Shown piece after piece: positions 50,574 through 63,100 of a DNA stretch of 64,000 bases (position 1 is its first letter; every line of letters begins with the position of its first letter). The notes under the pieces were generated by a model, which saw nothing but the letters and a program-made list of their open reading frames with translations, ran no database searches and had not been told where the DNA came from. Both the position numbers and the translations under genes were made by a program. Origin of the DNA: Raja brachyura (Eukaryota); NCBI GenBank assembly GCA_963514005.1, contig OY740812.1, forward strand, positions 2,170,001 through 2,234,000, given 5' to 3'.

Positions 50574-50725
50574 ATCACGGTCAGCATTGGGTCTATAGTT
50601 TCTTTTAAGAGGCGCAGGAACTGAGTGCGATGCAGATTTCTCCCGGCTAACTGCGCTGACGCACTAACCCGGGTTAAAAAAACCAACTCACTCATTGGCT
50701 GCCCGCGAATCATGTGCTATGCAAA
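50574..50725 (-). promoter_or_regulatory. hoxb13 proximal promoter / 5' UTR
   Basis: On the minus strand, an E-box-like CACATGAT followed by GCCAATGAG (CCAAT) at ~50692-50716, TGCGTCA at ~50657-50663 and TTAAAA ~30 bp before the ATG. CpG-rich and directly upstream of the start codon. The TSS is not determined. Confidence 0.6.
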
Positions 50726-53700
50726 CACAGATAATAAGCGTTAGTGCAGAATTGGCAGAAAAAAATCATTGCGAAATAGAAAATATTGAAGAAATGCATC
50801 AAAGCGGTCTTTCTTTGATTAAAAAAAAACTTCTGATCACCTATTATTGTGTTAAGTGTTTAAAATGCCAATCCTGCAATCATTTCCCAATTAATTTCAA
50901 AGTCAGAGTTTGCATAGCGCCGTGTACAAGTAAAGTGGGTCAAGTTGGCTCCGAGCTAATATAGTTCTTACTCGAATACGCAGTTCTTTTTCCGTCCATG
51001 ACATTGTTTAGATTTGCTTTTCAGAATTAATGTATTGTTTTTAATTTTGCGTTTTTCTCCGACTATTATTTCTGTATTATAATACATACTTTAAAAAGTT
51101 GTCAACATGTTGTATAGATTTACGAGCATTATTTTTGCGTTTGCCAGCAAATCGTAGTTTTACTGCGAGCTACATCTGCGCGCAGAATTTCAATTCGTTT
51201 AAATACGTGTAGACAAACAACATGCCACACCGCAAAGTCCAATTATTAACCATTCAATAATTCATAAGCATGAGAGGAGACCTGTGACCCGCCTTATTAG
51301 TGCATACATTTTCTCGAACGTATCTTTAGCCAATGCAGCTCTTTTTTCCTAATTCAGTTACATATCAAAATGATCAAGAGTTTTCTCGACATCCACAGTT
51401 TAATGGGTTATTTGCTAATCACTTCTTTATGGAATTTTTCCTGACAAATAACTTAAAGCTCTGACAAACGGCTCAAATATAGATGCTTGTTATGGTATCC
51501 CGCATTCTAAAATCGTACCGAATAAAACCGACATTCATCTTAATCCATTTGCTGCCTGAATTAGCTGTATGCCGTCAAAATTCAAGATGAAATGTTTCTA
51601 ATGTTAAATTCTCTGAAATGAGAACTCGGGCTAAACCTATTAATACCCATGCCCGTTCGTGCAATCCAAACGAGTTTTAAAAGATAGCTGAGTTGGCATG
51701 TTGTGAATGTGAATTAGAAGGCAAAGTTGGATACGCACTACACAGCATATTAAACAGTGTGCCTGGATTGGGGGTGGGGAGGGGGAATATGCAGAACGGT
51801 CCTAGTCAGATCCAGCTTTTCCCTGAAACTCCCCATTTTGATACACTACTCATTCGAAAGTCTGCATGCTGCATTTATCGCCTACCAAATTTTTGTTTTA
51901 ATTTTTCCCCTAATTTGACGAAATGTCAGTTTACAAACACATAAAATTTATTAGAGAGGAAAGTGATGTTGTGTGATTTTCCGTACCTCAGACATATTAA
52001 TATCATTAGTTAATTGCAACAGGGACGAGAGGATAGGGCGGGATTTGTATCAATATCTTAATCCGACAGCATGATCAAAATAATGTATCGCTCCTTGGTT
52101 GGGTCCACATCAACAGTTCAAAATGTCCATAAAATGAAAACGGAATTATCTTTGGATTGCTATGAATTCTATGATTTTGGATTAAATGGCAAAGGCCCTT
52201 TACGGTTATTGAAACAACCGCGCACTTTATTTTAGATATAGGGGTGATAATACAACAGCGCACAGTTTTGCTACTCCGGCATTAAAAATATAACAATGTT
52301 CAAATACCGATCGCACCAGTAGACTAAATTCTTAATTCGTGTAACAAATAACTCGTTATAATTTGGGAATTCGAAAAGTGAAAAAGGCATGAATGAAGAA
52401 GGCGATCAGAACATTCTGAACAATACATAGTCGTGGGTGGAAATGGAAACAGAGAAACAAAGACATTGAATTAGACAGGGCCGGAGGTCGAGTGGACAGG
52501 CACACAGGCAGAGACCGAGGCGGAGGCCCCACCATCAGACTCTCTGGCAAGACAAAGAAAGCGACAGAGCGAATATTATGTCGAGTGGTAGAAAGAAATG
52601 ATAATGTTGCGCATGGTGTATTGTTTGGGAAGAATATTCCCGGCTACTTACATTGATCATGCAAATATGTGATGCAGTACAATGCTCCAATCAAACTGGA
52701 ACATATCCAGGGACAAGGCGAGTGCTGTGACCTTGAACTTGAGAATTACGGCCTGGCAGTGCTACCGCCGATGGCCATTCACACACACACTAAAATAGGC
52801 ACGTGTTTGGAAAGAATGCAGGCGAACTATGCACAGTGTAATGTTTATTTAATAAAATAAAACGCAAAGAACGCGGTTCCTTAATTTGTTTAAGGAAAGC
52901 TATTCGCAAAATATACATGTATTTGCCCATTAGTTGGCCGGTCATAATCCGATTATGGAATGACTCAAACAATTTGTCACATCACATAAAACAATTTGAC
53001 AGATAATGCATTTAAATTTATATCCTTGTGTATTTGCTTTCCTATCTGCTCATTTGCTGCTTTGCAATGGACAGGGACCCACAATCTGCGTCTATTTCAT
53101 TTCCTCGTCTTGACACTATTTTAAACAAACCTTTATTAGCTTGAGAAAGGGGGCATATCCAGTCTTGAACAATGTTGGCTCGGAAATAATTGTATCAATA
53201 CTTAGCATGTATCTTGCAGTGCTCATGTCTGTGCAAACAAACCTTTATTTATATAACGCGTCATTTAAACTCAGAGACTAATTCTACGCATTTTTCATTC
53301 ACCTCAAAATGGTTGAAGATGGTTTGAACCAATCGTGCGGTGGAAGAAATTAAAAAATCCTGGTTCCTTTGATGGTGAGTACAATTTCATATTCTTCTGA
53401 CCTTGAATTTTAATGAGTTAATCAGGAAAATTACAGGGCTGCGTAATACATATATGTTAATGGATTGCGTTGCTGCCATTTCGTTGCTTAGATTAAAATA
53501 ATGCATATGCGCGAATAAGTGGGGAGAAAATTACATTTAAATGCAAAAGTTATAACATCTAAAGAAGTCTTCTTTGGCATTTTGACAGCGAGCATTAAAT
53601 ATGGCAAAATAATATTTAAGGAGAAATGCTTCTATAATTAGATAAGTACCATATTGTGCGAATTACATTTATTTCGTCAATTATAACACAGATTTTAATT

Positions 53701-55047
53701 CATGTCCATAATGGCGGAATATCTTCTTGTAGAATTTCTTATTAATATTAAATTCTGCTCATGAACATATTGCCTCAGTACAGCTGCCAAAAGGACTAAA
53801 ATCTAAAATATGCAGGTTGACTTTTGTAGAAATGACAGTAATTGATATATGAAGCCACCCAACAGCTTTCTATTCTGGAGATGGCCGTATGCGGCTTTGA
53901 TATTTATAAATCAGCAGCTCTGCTAACATTTCGTTCAGGCTTGCACGACAACAATGGTGACATTTGAAATACGTAGCATCTATATGTATTTCATGTCGAT
54001 TATTTTCGTAGATAAAGTTTAATTTGTAAATATTTTGCTCAATTTACTGCTATAATGTCGATACTAAACATGTACTTCATTTCGGCACTTTACTCCGTAA
54101 TTTAATAACTTCTCTTTTCACTTCCATTTTAATCAGTCGCCAGAGTTATTACCCATTATTATTTGAATAGTATTTTATATTTAAGATGAAGACGGGTAAT
54201 TTTGATTTTGTAAAGACATAAAGACATGTTGCTTGATACCCTGAGTTACTCTAGCACTCTGTCTTTTTTTTTTTCAAATCCAGTACCTGCAGTTCAATGT
54301 TTCTGCGTGTTATGTAGATGTTTTCCAAATTCATAAGGATTGATTGATTGAATGATTGATTGATTGATTACCAATTGGAACAATTTGCAAACTATAAAAT
54401 GCCCTATCATCTATGATTATCATTTCCATGTTTCGACTTGGAAGAGTTGCCTGGAGTTCGGTGAAACGGTAATATAGAATTTGCTTTAAATATCAAAAGA
54501 ATGTAAAATATAAATGATTCTCCCCTTAATAACTGCAAGGACTATTTTCAGGATATATTCTATGTATGAAACAATATATTTATATGCAATTTCACACACT
54601 ACTTCACATAAGATGTGGTCACCAGTAGTGATATATATTGTTGGTTTTAATATTTTATAGTCATATTTGTTTTATTTTAAATATTTAAAACGCATTCGGA
54701 TTCACATGTGGCCAATTCCTTACTTACACAGTTAAGTAATCTATTCTGTGAATTCGATTTATTTCGCAATTATTAACACAATTGAGATATATGTAGTTAA
54801 TATTTTTCCCGCGCCGTATGTCTTTGCCATGATAATTCAAATCGAAATTATTCAATATTGAGGACTAAACCTTTTTCTAGCGCCCTTGAGCTAGATTCAG
54901 AATTGGCATTGTGCAATGAATTTCGAAAATATTAATTTCATGGAATAACTAAAAATGCTAGATAACTGTTCACCAAGTCAGTCATTCAGTAGTACCAAGG
55001 TTCCTGTGGATGAGAATGTCTGTAGCATTCACTCCTTCGATGTCGTT

Positions 55048-55074
55048 TATATATATATATATATATATATATAT
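55048..55074. repeat. (TA)n microsatellite
   Basis: Seen directly. Confidence 0.95.
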
Positions 55075-55830
55075 TTGAACTAAGCCCCTTTGATTACACA
55101 GTTAGCAGTTTAAATATATATCGCATTCATATCTTTATTATAGCATTCTCCTTTCAGATTAAGGTTTTGTTAAAGTGTTGATAAAACGTTCCTTGAATTG
55201 ATCCTGATCTTCAGCCTCTGTGGGTTGTCAGTGTTGTACTGTCAGCATTCACACAAAGATTTAAAACGTTATTTTGATCCTATAATAAATTGCACCGTTG
55301 TCGCTTCAAACTGTGTTGCACCACGTATTGAGATGTAATTCTTAGCTTATTAAAAGCTTTCGTTTGGAATATTTAATGTACAGAATCAGAATCTCACTCT
55401 CCTTGATCTCGGAATTTTAGGAGACAGATGTCACTTTATAGTTCCGAGGCTCATTAGACAATCTATTATCCCCTGGCTAAGATTTGTGGACAGCAGTGCT
55501 TTTGGTTGCGATTCGCTATTTGGAACAGCAGATCGGAAGGAACCGTCTATGAGCAAATCCTGATTACTCCATTTTCAATTTGCCTGAAAACAAATCGGAA
55601 ATTAACATTTAAAAATACTCCTTTTAACTATGTTTTCCTGGGTTTTTTTTCTATCGATAGCTTAATTCCACAAGTCAGTTTGTTAAGGTTCTAGTTAAAC
55701 TTCGGAACACACCACAGGAGATCACTCCTATTGCTACTCAGCGCTAGACTCATGGCCTGACCTTGACGTTCAAGCCGGCGCCTCATTGTTTACAATTCTC
55801 GCTCAGCGTCTTCACACTTGGAGTTTGTAC

Positions 55831-55929
55831 CGAGGTCTGAAGAAGGGTCTCGACCCGAAACGTCGCCTATCTCCTTCGCTCCTTAGATGCTGCTGCACCC
55901 GCTGAATTTCTCCAGCCTTTTGTGTACCC
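55831..55929 (+). mobile_element. Young solo Penelope pseudo-LTR with the best-formed minimal hammerhead motif and a 12-bp TSD
   Basis: AGGT CTGAAGA A GGGT CTCG ACCC GAAA C GTC GCCT. TSD TGGAGTTTGTAC at 55819-55830 and 55930-55941. Confidence 0.85.
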
Positions 55930-58900
55930 TGGAGTTTGTACGGTATTGGTTGGTAATTAATTGTTACAACGAAAGTTTAACGTTACAGAATGGGTAGCAC
56001 AACATCGTGTAACACGCACAATACTGTCTAAATAAACACGGCAATAACTTCCCATATGAGCTACGTTTTTTGGCGACTAGTCCAGTCGCCCCATTTGAAA
56101 AGCATTTCTACTATTTCCCGTTTTGATTCAATTCACCTGCCTTGGTTCTGTTTCTTTTCCTCCCTTAACAGTAACGTCTCGGTTTGAAATTAAAATTCTC
56201 AATTGCACCCACAAAGCATGTTCCTTTTCTTTTGTCGGAGGTTTCCACACTTGTATCACTTACCTCTTCTAGTAGCATGTCTTAATATCCGTCCTAAATA
56301 ACCTGCTAGTTGCAGTAGTTCCCTTGCTACAGACATTTCCACCACGGGGAAAATGATATGACTGCCGTCTTTTCCGAATGGTCGTATTTCGAGTGAAATC
56401 TGCAAGTGCACTTTTCTGGTACCAAAAATGATATTGCACGCATATTATAAATGATTTGGCTCACTCAGCGCTCCGATTGACGACCAACTACTTATTCTTT
56501 AGAGGCGAATTTAACCGTTTAGGTTGAAATTATTAATTTGAATCAGCAATCCTAAAACAATCTATTTTTTGCAGGTTTATTCAACATATTTTATAGACAT
56601 ATTGAAAGATGTACGCTCCAATATATGTATATCCTTGACTAGGCAAATCGAATGCATAATATATGCGATGCTTGGGCGGGACGTTTTAAGAGTTTATCTT
56701 AATAATGAATTCTTATATTTCTCTATGCAACAGGATTTTTCACATATTATAGTTGGTGCTATTGTTAAGTAATTTTCTCTCTTTCTATTTATATTGTTTT
56801 CTTCTACATGTCATGTGGTCCCGTTTGCTAACATTTTTTAAATCGATTTTATGAAGCTGTTCTGACAATAGATAAACTCATATTGAGAAACATATATTTG
56901 TAATATTAATGAAGCGAATGGTCTAGGCATGGCGCGGAAAATAATATGGAACTAAAATATCAAGAGGAAGGTTCGGTCATTGCCTATATCTAAATCTCAG
57001 ACATTATCTCGAAACACCACAAAGTCTAAAGTTGTACTGCAAATGCATTCAGTTTCCAGCTGCAACTTTGATCACGGGTTGGCTGCATATTATAACATGC
57101 GCCAATATGATTACACTTAGAAACAGTGAACGCAGTCGCCTCGGAGTCAACCGATTATCTGTTTCCCGGATGAACCTCTATCAGCGAGAAATATGTCAGA
57201 TTTAACCATCACCCGGAGCCACAGAGTCAAGCAGATTTCATTTTAATTTCAATGTATTCGTCTAATTAACCAAAATACTCCTCAAAGACAGAGCGAGGCG
57301 GCGGGGCTCCATCATTGTGAAGCAGTTGTTGGGTAAATGCCGAATCCGATAGGAATTGACTATTTGTGCAAGATAATGTTAGGACGCATTTACGCTTTGC
57401 CTGTCGCCTTCCCTTCCGACCTCCCCTTCAAACTCAGACCATGTCTGTTATCACAGTTAAGTTTAAGTGGAGGCCCCTCGAATATGAAAAAGCAGATCCC
57501 ATTGCATCATACTCAGCACTGATGTAAATGTACCACAACCACAGTACAGTTTTACGCGCCCCGTTTCTGCGCGTTCTTATAATGGACAGACAAATGGCGG
57601 CGTGCTGCATTTACATCCGATTTAAGGCCTCTTTATTCTCGAATCATATTAGTGCCGTTTAGATGTCATGTGCCAAATGGTAACCATTCTTCACAGGTTG
57701 GAAATACTAGTCATATCTGTCCCGTTCGCCACCGTACACAATCGAGACAGGATGCATTCTGGGCAAGGCATTCCATTACACATAACTGTAACCATTACTT
57801 AACTAATAGTAACTATTGAAAACTGCGTGCTTGTTAACTCGACAGTAGGGAAAGGCTGGAATCTATCATTAGGGAGTGGATACGGAGCTCTAAGGAAAGG
57901 ATAACGTGATCGGGCAGATGCATCACAGATATATCCCTGCAGCCGGAATGCCAAATGGGGGAACATTGCTTTATTTGGAGACATATGTTCGAAACGGATT
58001 CAGTGTAGACATGAAATTATTTTTCAAATGTAAACATTTGGCTTTCGCACTTTTGTAATCGGCATGGACGAACGCTTGGCCAGTTGGCAGAAATCAGAGC
58101 ACGAATAAGGGGACCATTGTGGGTGGTAGGTTACAAACATGGCGAGAATCTGTACGTGGGCCACAGCCAATGGGTCGAATAAAAGGAGCGTGCAATATCC
58201 ACAGGTTTGCTGACGGTACAAAACAAGCTAGGGAACTTAGAGGTGAGGAAGCTTTTTTTTTAGATTCGCTCTGAAGGTGAAAATGGAGATGACTAATAGC
58301 GCCAGCATTGCTACCCATCATTCTAGTCGAATGAGGCAACAATTAGTCAATAACAATGTTGACCGGACTGGCTAAGGGCAGCAGTTTCAATTACCCGCAG
58401 ACATTCCTAAACCAAATGGGGGTTAGTTAGTTTCACATTTACCGTTACTGACAAATAATTAAACTAGGAGTTGACAGAGGGATTGTGAGCTGGAGAAATT
58501 CGATGAAATAGAAAATAATATTTTTTTTAAAGCATGGAGTGTCGCTTGCTATTCTCAAAGTTAGCATAGACCAAGCGATAAAGAAAATAAATGATATGTT
58601 GACTCATATTTCTCTTAGAAACCAAGAGGAAAGCAGTCATACTGCAATGATTTAGGGCCTTGGGGGGGGAAATCCAGTAATATTGTTCACCATTTTTATA
58701 TTCCTTGCCTAAGGAACGCGATGCAATGACATCTCGTTGGACTCATACCCGGATGGCCATAACGAAGAAATTGAGCGAAGTATTTTATATTCACCTAGAT
58801 TTAGATGAACGATATCGCGTTCAAATTGGGTTTGAAGAGTTTCTTTAAAAATAGTTAACAGTGCGAGTACTGTTTTTTCACCAGGTTGGAGATTCTCAAG

Positions 58901-59079
58901 AACAGCATTTTGTGTCTATCAAAGGAGATTCTTAAATAATAGGTCATAGGTTCAGGAGCAACCATTGAACGCCGAGGTGGGGAATTTGAATGTTCGTCTG
59001 AATGGTTGTGAATCAGCACAATTCTTTACCCCTGAAGGGCATGGGTGCGTAATAGTTGAACATTATTAAGACAGACTTA

Positions 59080-59535
59080 TAATAGACAATAGACAATAGG
59101 TACAGGAGTAGGCCGTTCGACCCCTTGAACCAGCACCGCCATTCACTGCGATCATGGCTGATCATCCACAATCAGTACCCCGTTCCTGCCTTCTCCCCAT
59201 ATACCCTGACTCCGCTATCTTTCAGAGCTATATCTAACTCTCTCTTGAAGGCATCCAGAGAATCGACCTCCATTGCCTTCTGGGCAGAGAATTGCATAGA
59301 TTCACAAGTCTCTGGGTGAAAACGTTTTTCCTCATCTCCGTTCTAAATGGCCTATCCCATATTCTTAAACTGTGGCCCCTGGTCTGGACTCCCCCAACAT
59401 CGAGAACATGCTTCCTGCCTCTAGCGTGTCCAATCCCTTAATGATCTTATATGTTTCAATATGATCCCCTCTCATCCTTCTAAATACCAGAGTATACAAG
59501 CCCAGTCGCTCCATTCTTTCAACATATGACAGTTG
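59080..59535 (-). mobile_element. CR1-like LINE 3' end, (CTATTGT)n tail
   Basis: QLSYVERMERLGLYTLVFRRMRGDHIETYKIIKGLDTLEAG. Confidence 0.88.
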
Positions 59536-59587
59536 ACTTTTAATTGACTTTTTCATTTGAGGACGAATCAAGAGATATCACGGGAAA

Positions 59588-60058
59588 ATCATAACAAGAT
59601 GAGTTGAGTACAGGAGCAAAGTTGTCCTTCTGCAATTGTACAGGGCCCCAGTGAGACCACACCTGGCATATCCTGTGCAGTTTTGGTCTCCAAATCTGAG
59701 GAAGGACATTCTTGCTATTGAGGGAGTGACTGGGCTTGTATACTCTGGAATTTAGAAGGATGAGATGGGATCTCATTGAAACATATAAGATTATTAAGGG
59801 TTTGGACACGCTAGAGGCAGATAAAAATGTGAACCTGTGGAATTCTCTGCCTCAGAAGGCGGTGGAGGCTAATTCTCTGGAAGCTTTTAAGAGAGAGTTC
59901 GACAGGATTCTTAAAGAAAGCGGAATCAGGTGATCCGGCGAGAAAGTAGGAACGGGGTACTGATTGTGGATGATCAGCCATGATCACATTGAATGGCGGC
60001 ACTGGCTCGAAGGGCCGAACGGCCTACTCCTGCACCTATTGGCTATTGTCTATTGACT
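59588..60058 (+). mobile_element. CR1-like LINE 3' fragment with internal deletions, (CTATTGT)n tail
   Basis: LYTLEFRRMRWDLIETYKIIKGLDTLEA...NLWNSLPQKAVEANSLEAFKREFD. Confidence 0.88.
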
Positions 60059-60196
60059 ATAAATTGGAGTCGAATTTAAGTCATGGCCTCACATGGAGGT
60101 TAACTCGATAAAGTTCCGATATTTTAACTTACCTAAACTTAACTTTAACTAAACTCGTTGCACCTTTTTGAAAAAATTCCTTATAAAAAGATCCAA

Positions 60197-60340
60197 CATG
60201 GATAGGTATATGGACGGGAAGGGAATGGAGGGGTGTGGTCTGAGTGCAGGTAGATGGGACTAGGGGAAATAAATGGTCGGCACGGACTGGAAGGGCCGAG
60301 AAGGCCTGTTTCCGTGCTGTAATTGTTATATGGTTATATG
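60197..60340 (+). mobile_element. CR1-type 3' tail
   Basis: ...ggtcggcacggactggaagggccgagaaggcctgtttccgtgctgtaattgttatatggttatatg. Confidence 0.65.
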
Positions 60341-61404
60341 TTCGAATGTAGCCGACCGTTGCTGCGGAATTTACCATTCCATGTAAACCAATCTTTCCTC
60401 ATATCAACGGTACTGGAGTTCCACCAACCCCTGTGTGACATCGTGGCTTGTTACTCACACCCTACCCCACACCCACCAGCATTTTCCCAAGACAGATCAA
60501 CTCCAGCAATAAATCATATTCATATAAATGTACATTTGAAAGGGAGATGGCACAACATGGTATAAGATGGTGTCACACTTTCTACGTTTACGCGGTGCCA
60601 TGGGGTATCTCAGAACTATTTAGAGCAAGGCTGTGCCCAGCTTCGTCGACACAACAGTGTTCGAGGGGTTGTGTTGGGGTGGGGTCATTGGGTCGCAGGT
60701 GCGTTTACCTGGCCGTGGCCACTCATTGTGTCACCTGCCAATAACTGCGTGTTTATCCTTTCATTACAACGCCGGTATTTATGCATTGTTCCCTCCATAA
60801 TCTTTCCTTTAGTCTGCTTTTGCAATGAACGCATGTGGACTTTGGGTTACATTCCGAGCAGAAGAATGTTTTAACATTTTATTTCCCACGCGAATCACCC
60901 CCTCCCCGCGCCCACACATACATGCACCGTCGCCTTCCCCGTCCTTCCCCTCCTGTCCATATTTCATTTGGGTGCTTTCATTTGTGTTGGTTTTCTAACA
61001 GACATTTTTCACCTCACCAGTTCGACATCGCTTCCCAACAATGACCCATGTGGTACACGGGAACTCATTCAACGCCTAAAGCTTCTCCTCTTACGGAATA
61101 TTATTCCAAACCTATCAAATTCCTTAACAGCTCCACTTGGTAGGTATTGGGACATTGCTTAGATAGACTGGAAAAAATCCTGAATTCGGATCTTCGACTG
61201 TGGCCATGGGGAGGGCCATTGGGAATCGCAAAGAGGGGAAACATCTTTACTCAGATGTTAATGAATCATTCCCTAATCCCCAAATACCGTGCGAAGTCTG
61301 GGGAATCAATGCAAGTTAACGAGGAGAGGAAATGGGTTGATATAGGTCGACCACGAACTGGCTCAGCCGACTACTGCGCCTATTTAACAAAGTTCAAAAT
61401 ACAA

Positions 61405-62300
61405 AAAGTAGACACAAAATGCTGGAGTAACTCAGCGGGACAGAGGGGTTGAAGATTTCAACCTTCGCGTGGTCCGCCCTGGTTCGACGAATGCAATCAC
61501 CCGGAGTGCACAATCAAATAAGATCAAATAGAACAAGTCGCCCTACAACTTTAGGCTGTGCACGCCATACTCAAGAAGAAGAAGCGGGTCAGGCAGCATT
61601 TCCGGAAAGAAGGAACGGGCGACGTTTCGGGTCGAGACCCTTCCTCAGACTCTAGAATACAGAATACAAAATACAGAACGTCTTGCTGCCTTTAAACGAT
61701 TCGGAACAACGCAAAGCGAGCAGCATATTATTAATCACTCATGCCGCCTCCCTTTGTGATGTTGCGCGCCTGAATCGCTAACCGTACACATTCGACTAAA
61801 TGCTGGAGAAACTCAGCGGGTGAGGCAGCAGCCATGGAGCGAAGGAAATAGGCGGGTCGAGACCCTTCTTCAGACTTCAGTAGATGCTGCCTCACCAGCT
61901 GAATTTCTCCAGCATGTTTGTCTACCTTCCATTTTCCAGCATCTGCAGTTCCTTCTTAAACATTTAGACTAATTCTAATACGTGTTGCTAACTGTTGTAT
62001 TTTCTTCAAACTCTGCCAGTATTTGCCCTTGCACCATCACTTTGAAGAGCTTGATATTTATTTCTATAATCAGGCATTTGGTTACCCCCGTCCCCACACA
62101 CACGCATCATTCTATTCTGGACCTGGCAACTACTTTCATAACGCCTTGGAGCTGTTTTCTGAGAACCTTTGTCAAATATGTTATAGAAATGCAACACAGC
62201 GTTACACCCAGCGTCAAACTGTAGAAGGGTCCCGACCCGAAACGTCGCCTGTGCTGTCCCTCCACTCACGCTGCCCGACCCGTTCAATTCCTCCATTATT
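61405..62300. mobile_element. Penelope pseudo-LTR units (61405-61650 interrupted, 61797-61962 foldback, 62218-62300)
   Basis: Family consensus seen directly. Confidence 0.65.
61444..61582 (+). mobile_element. Short retroelement headed by a minimal HDV-like ribozyme (copy 2), (AAG)n tail, inserted in a Penelope pseudo-LTR
   Basis: GGGGTTG AA GATTTCA ACC TTCGCGT GGT CCGCCCT GG TTCGA CGAA TGCAATC (61445-61498). Tail aagaagaaga. TSD AGCGGGACAG (61434-61443) / AGCGGGTCAG (61583-61592). Confidence 0.75.
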
Positions 62301-62329
62301 TTTTATTTTTTGCTTAAATTCGAGATAAT

Positions 62330-63100
62330 ATGTAGGAAGGAGATAGAGAACTTAGTAATAGGGTGTCAAGACGAGAATATCTCCCTAAATGTCACAAAAA
62401 TTAAAGAGCTGGTCAACAACTTCGGAAGTGGAGTGGAGAAGAGGCCCCAGTCCATACCGATGGTGTTGAGAGTGGTTCGAGTTTCTAACAATTTGGGTTG
62501 GTGCCATCACGCTGACGCTGCAGCCAAGAAATCACTCCGTTGGCTCTACTTCCCAGAAGGATAAGGAAATACAGCACGCCTCCAATGACGCTTACCAATT
62601 TCTACATATGTAACATAGAAGCATCCTATGATACGGCAACTACTTTGCCGCACAATACGATAAATTGCAGACAGCAAGTGAACGTAACACAGTTCATCAT
62701 ACAATCCAGCCTCCCACCCACCCCCCTGTATGGATTCCATCTATACTTCACACTACCCTATTAAAGCAGCCAACATAATCAAGGGCCACTCACACCCTGG
62801 CCATTCTTCTTCTTCTGGCAGAAGATACAAACGCTATAAACAGGTACCACCAAATGCGAGAACCACATCTTCCCCACTCTTATCAGATTCTAGAGCAAAC
62901 CTCGAATCTTCTCGGGATGAATTCATGAATCTCCCAAACTCTTGTTTTATCTGCACTGCGTCTGTAGATGTAATTCGATATTCTGCACAATGCATACTTT
63001 TCTAATTTGATGTACTCACGTACGATATGATTTTCCCGGATAGCACACACAGCAAGGTTTGTCACTACATCTGCACATTGACACAATAATAATAAACCAA
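62330..63100 (+). mobile_element. Degenerate Rex1/Babar-like LINE RT C-terminal fragment and 3' UTR
   Basis: RKEIENLVIGCQDENISLNVTKIKELVNNF resembles the 'WC..NNL.LNV.KTKE...DFR' motif; later KAANIIK...HPGH; ends ...tgacacaataataataaacc. Confidence 0.65.

Noticed and set aside
51470-51510. RIPY-like homeobox remnant on the minus strand
   Set aside because: Needs several indels and has no downstream homeodomain similarity.
1565-62300. Recurrent palindromic GGGTCTCGACCCGAAAC motif as CRISPR repeats or bacterial REP elements
   Set aside because: The copies are dispersed, in both orientations, have no regular spacers and are embedded in a longer Penelope-linked repeat in vertebrate DNA.
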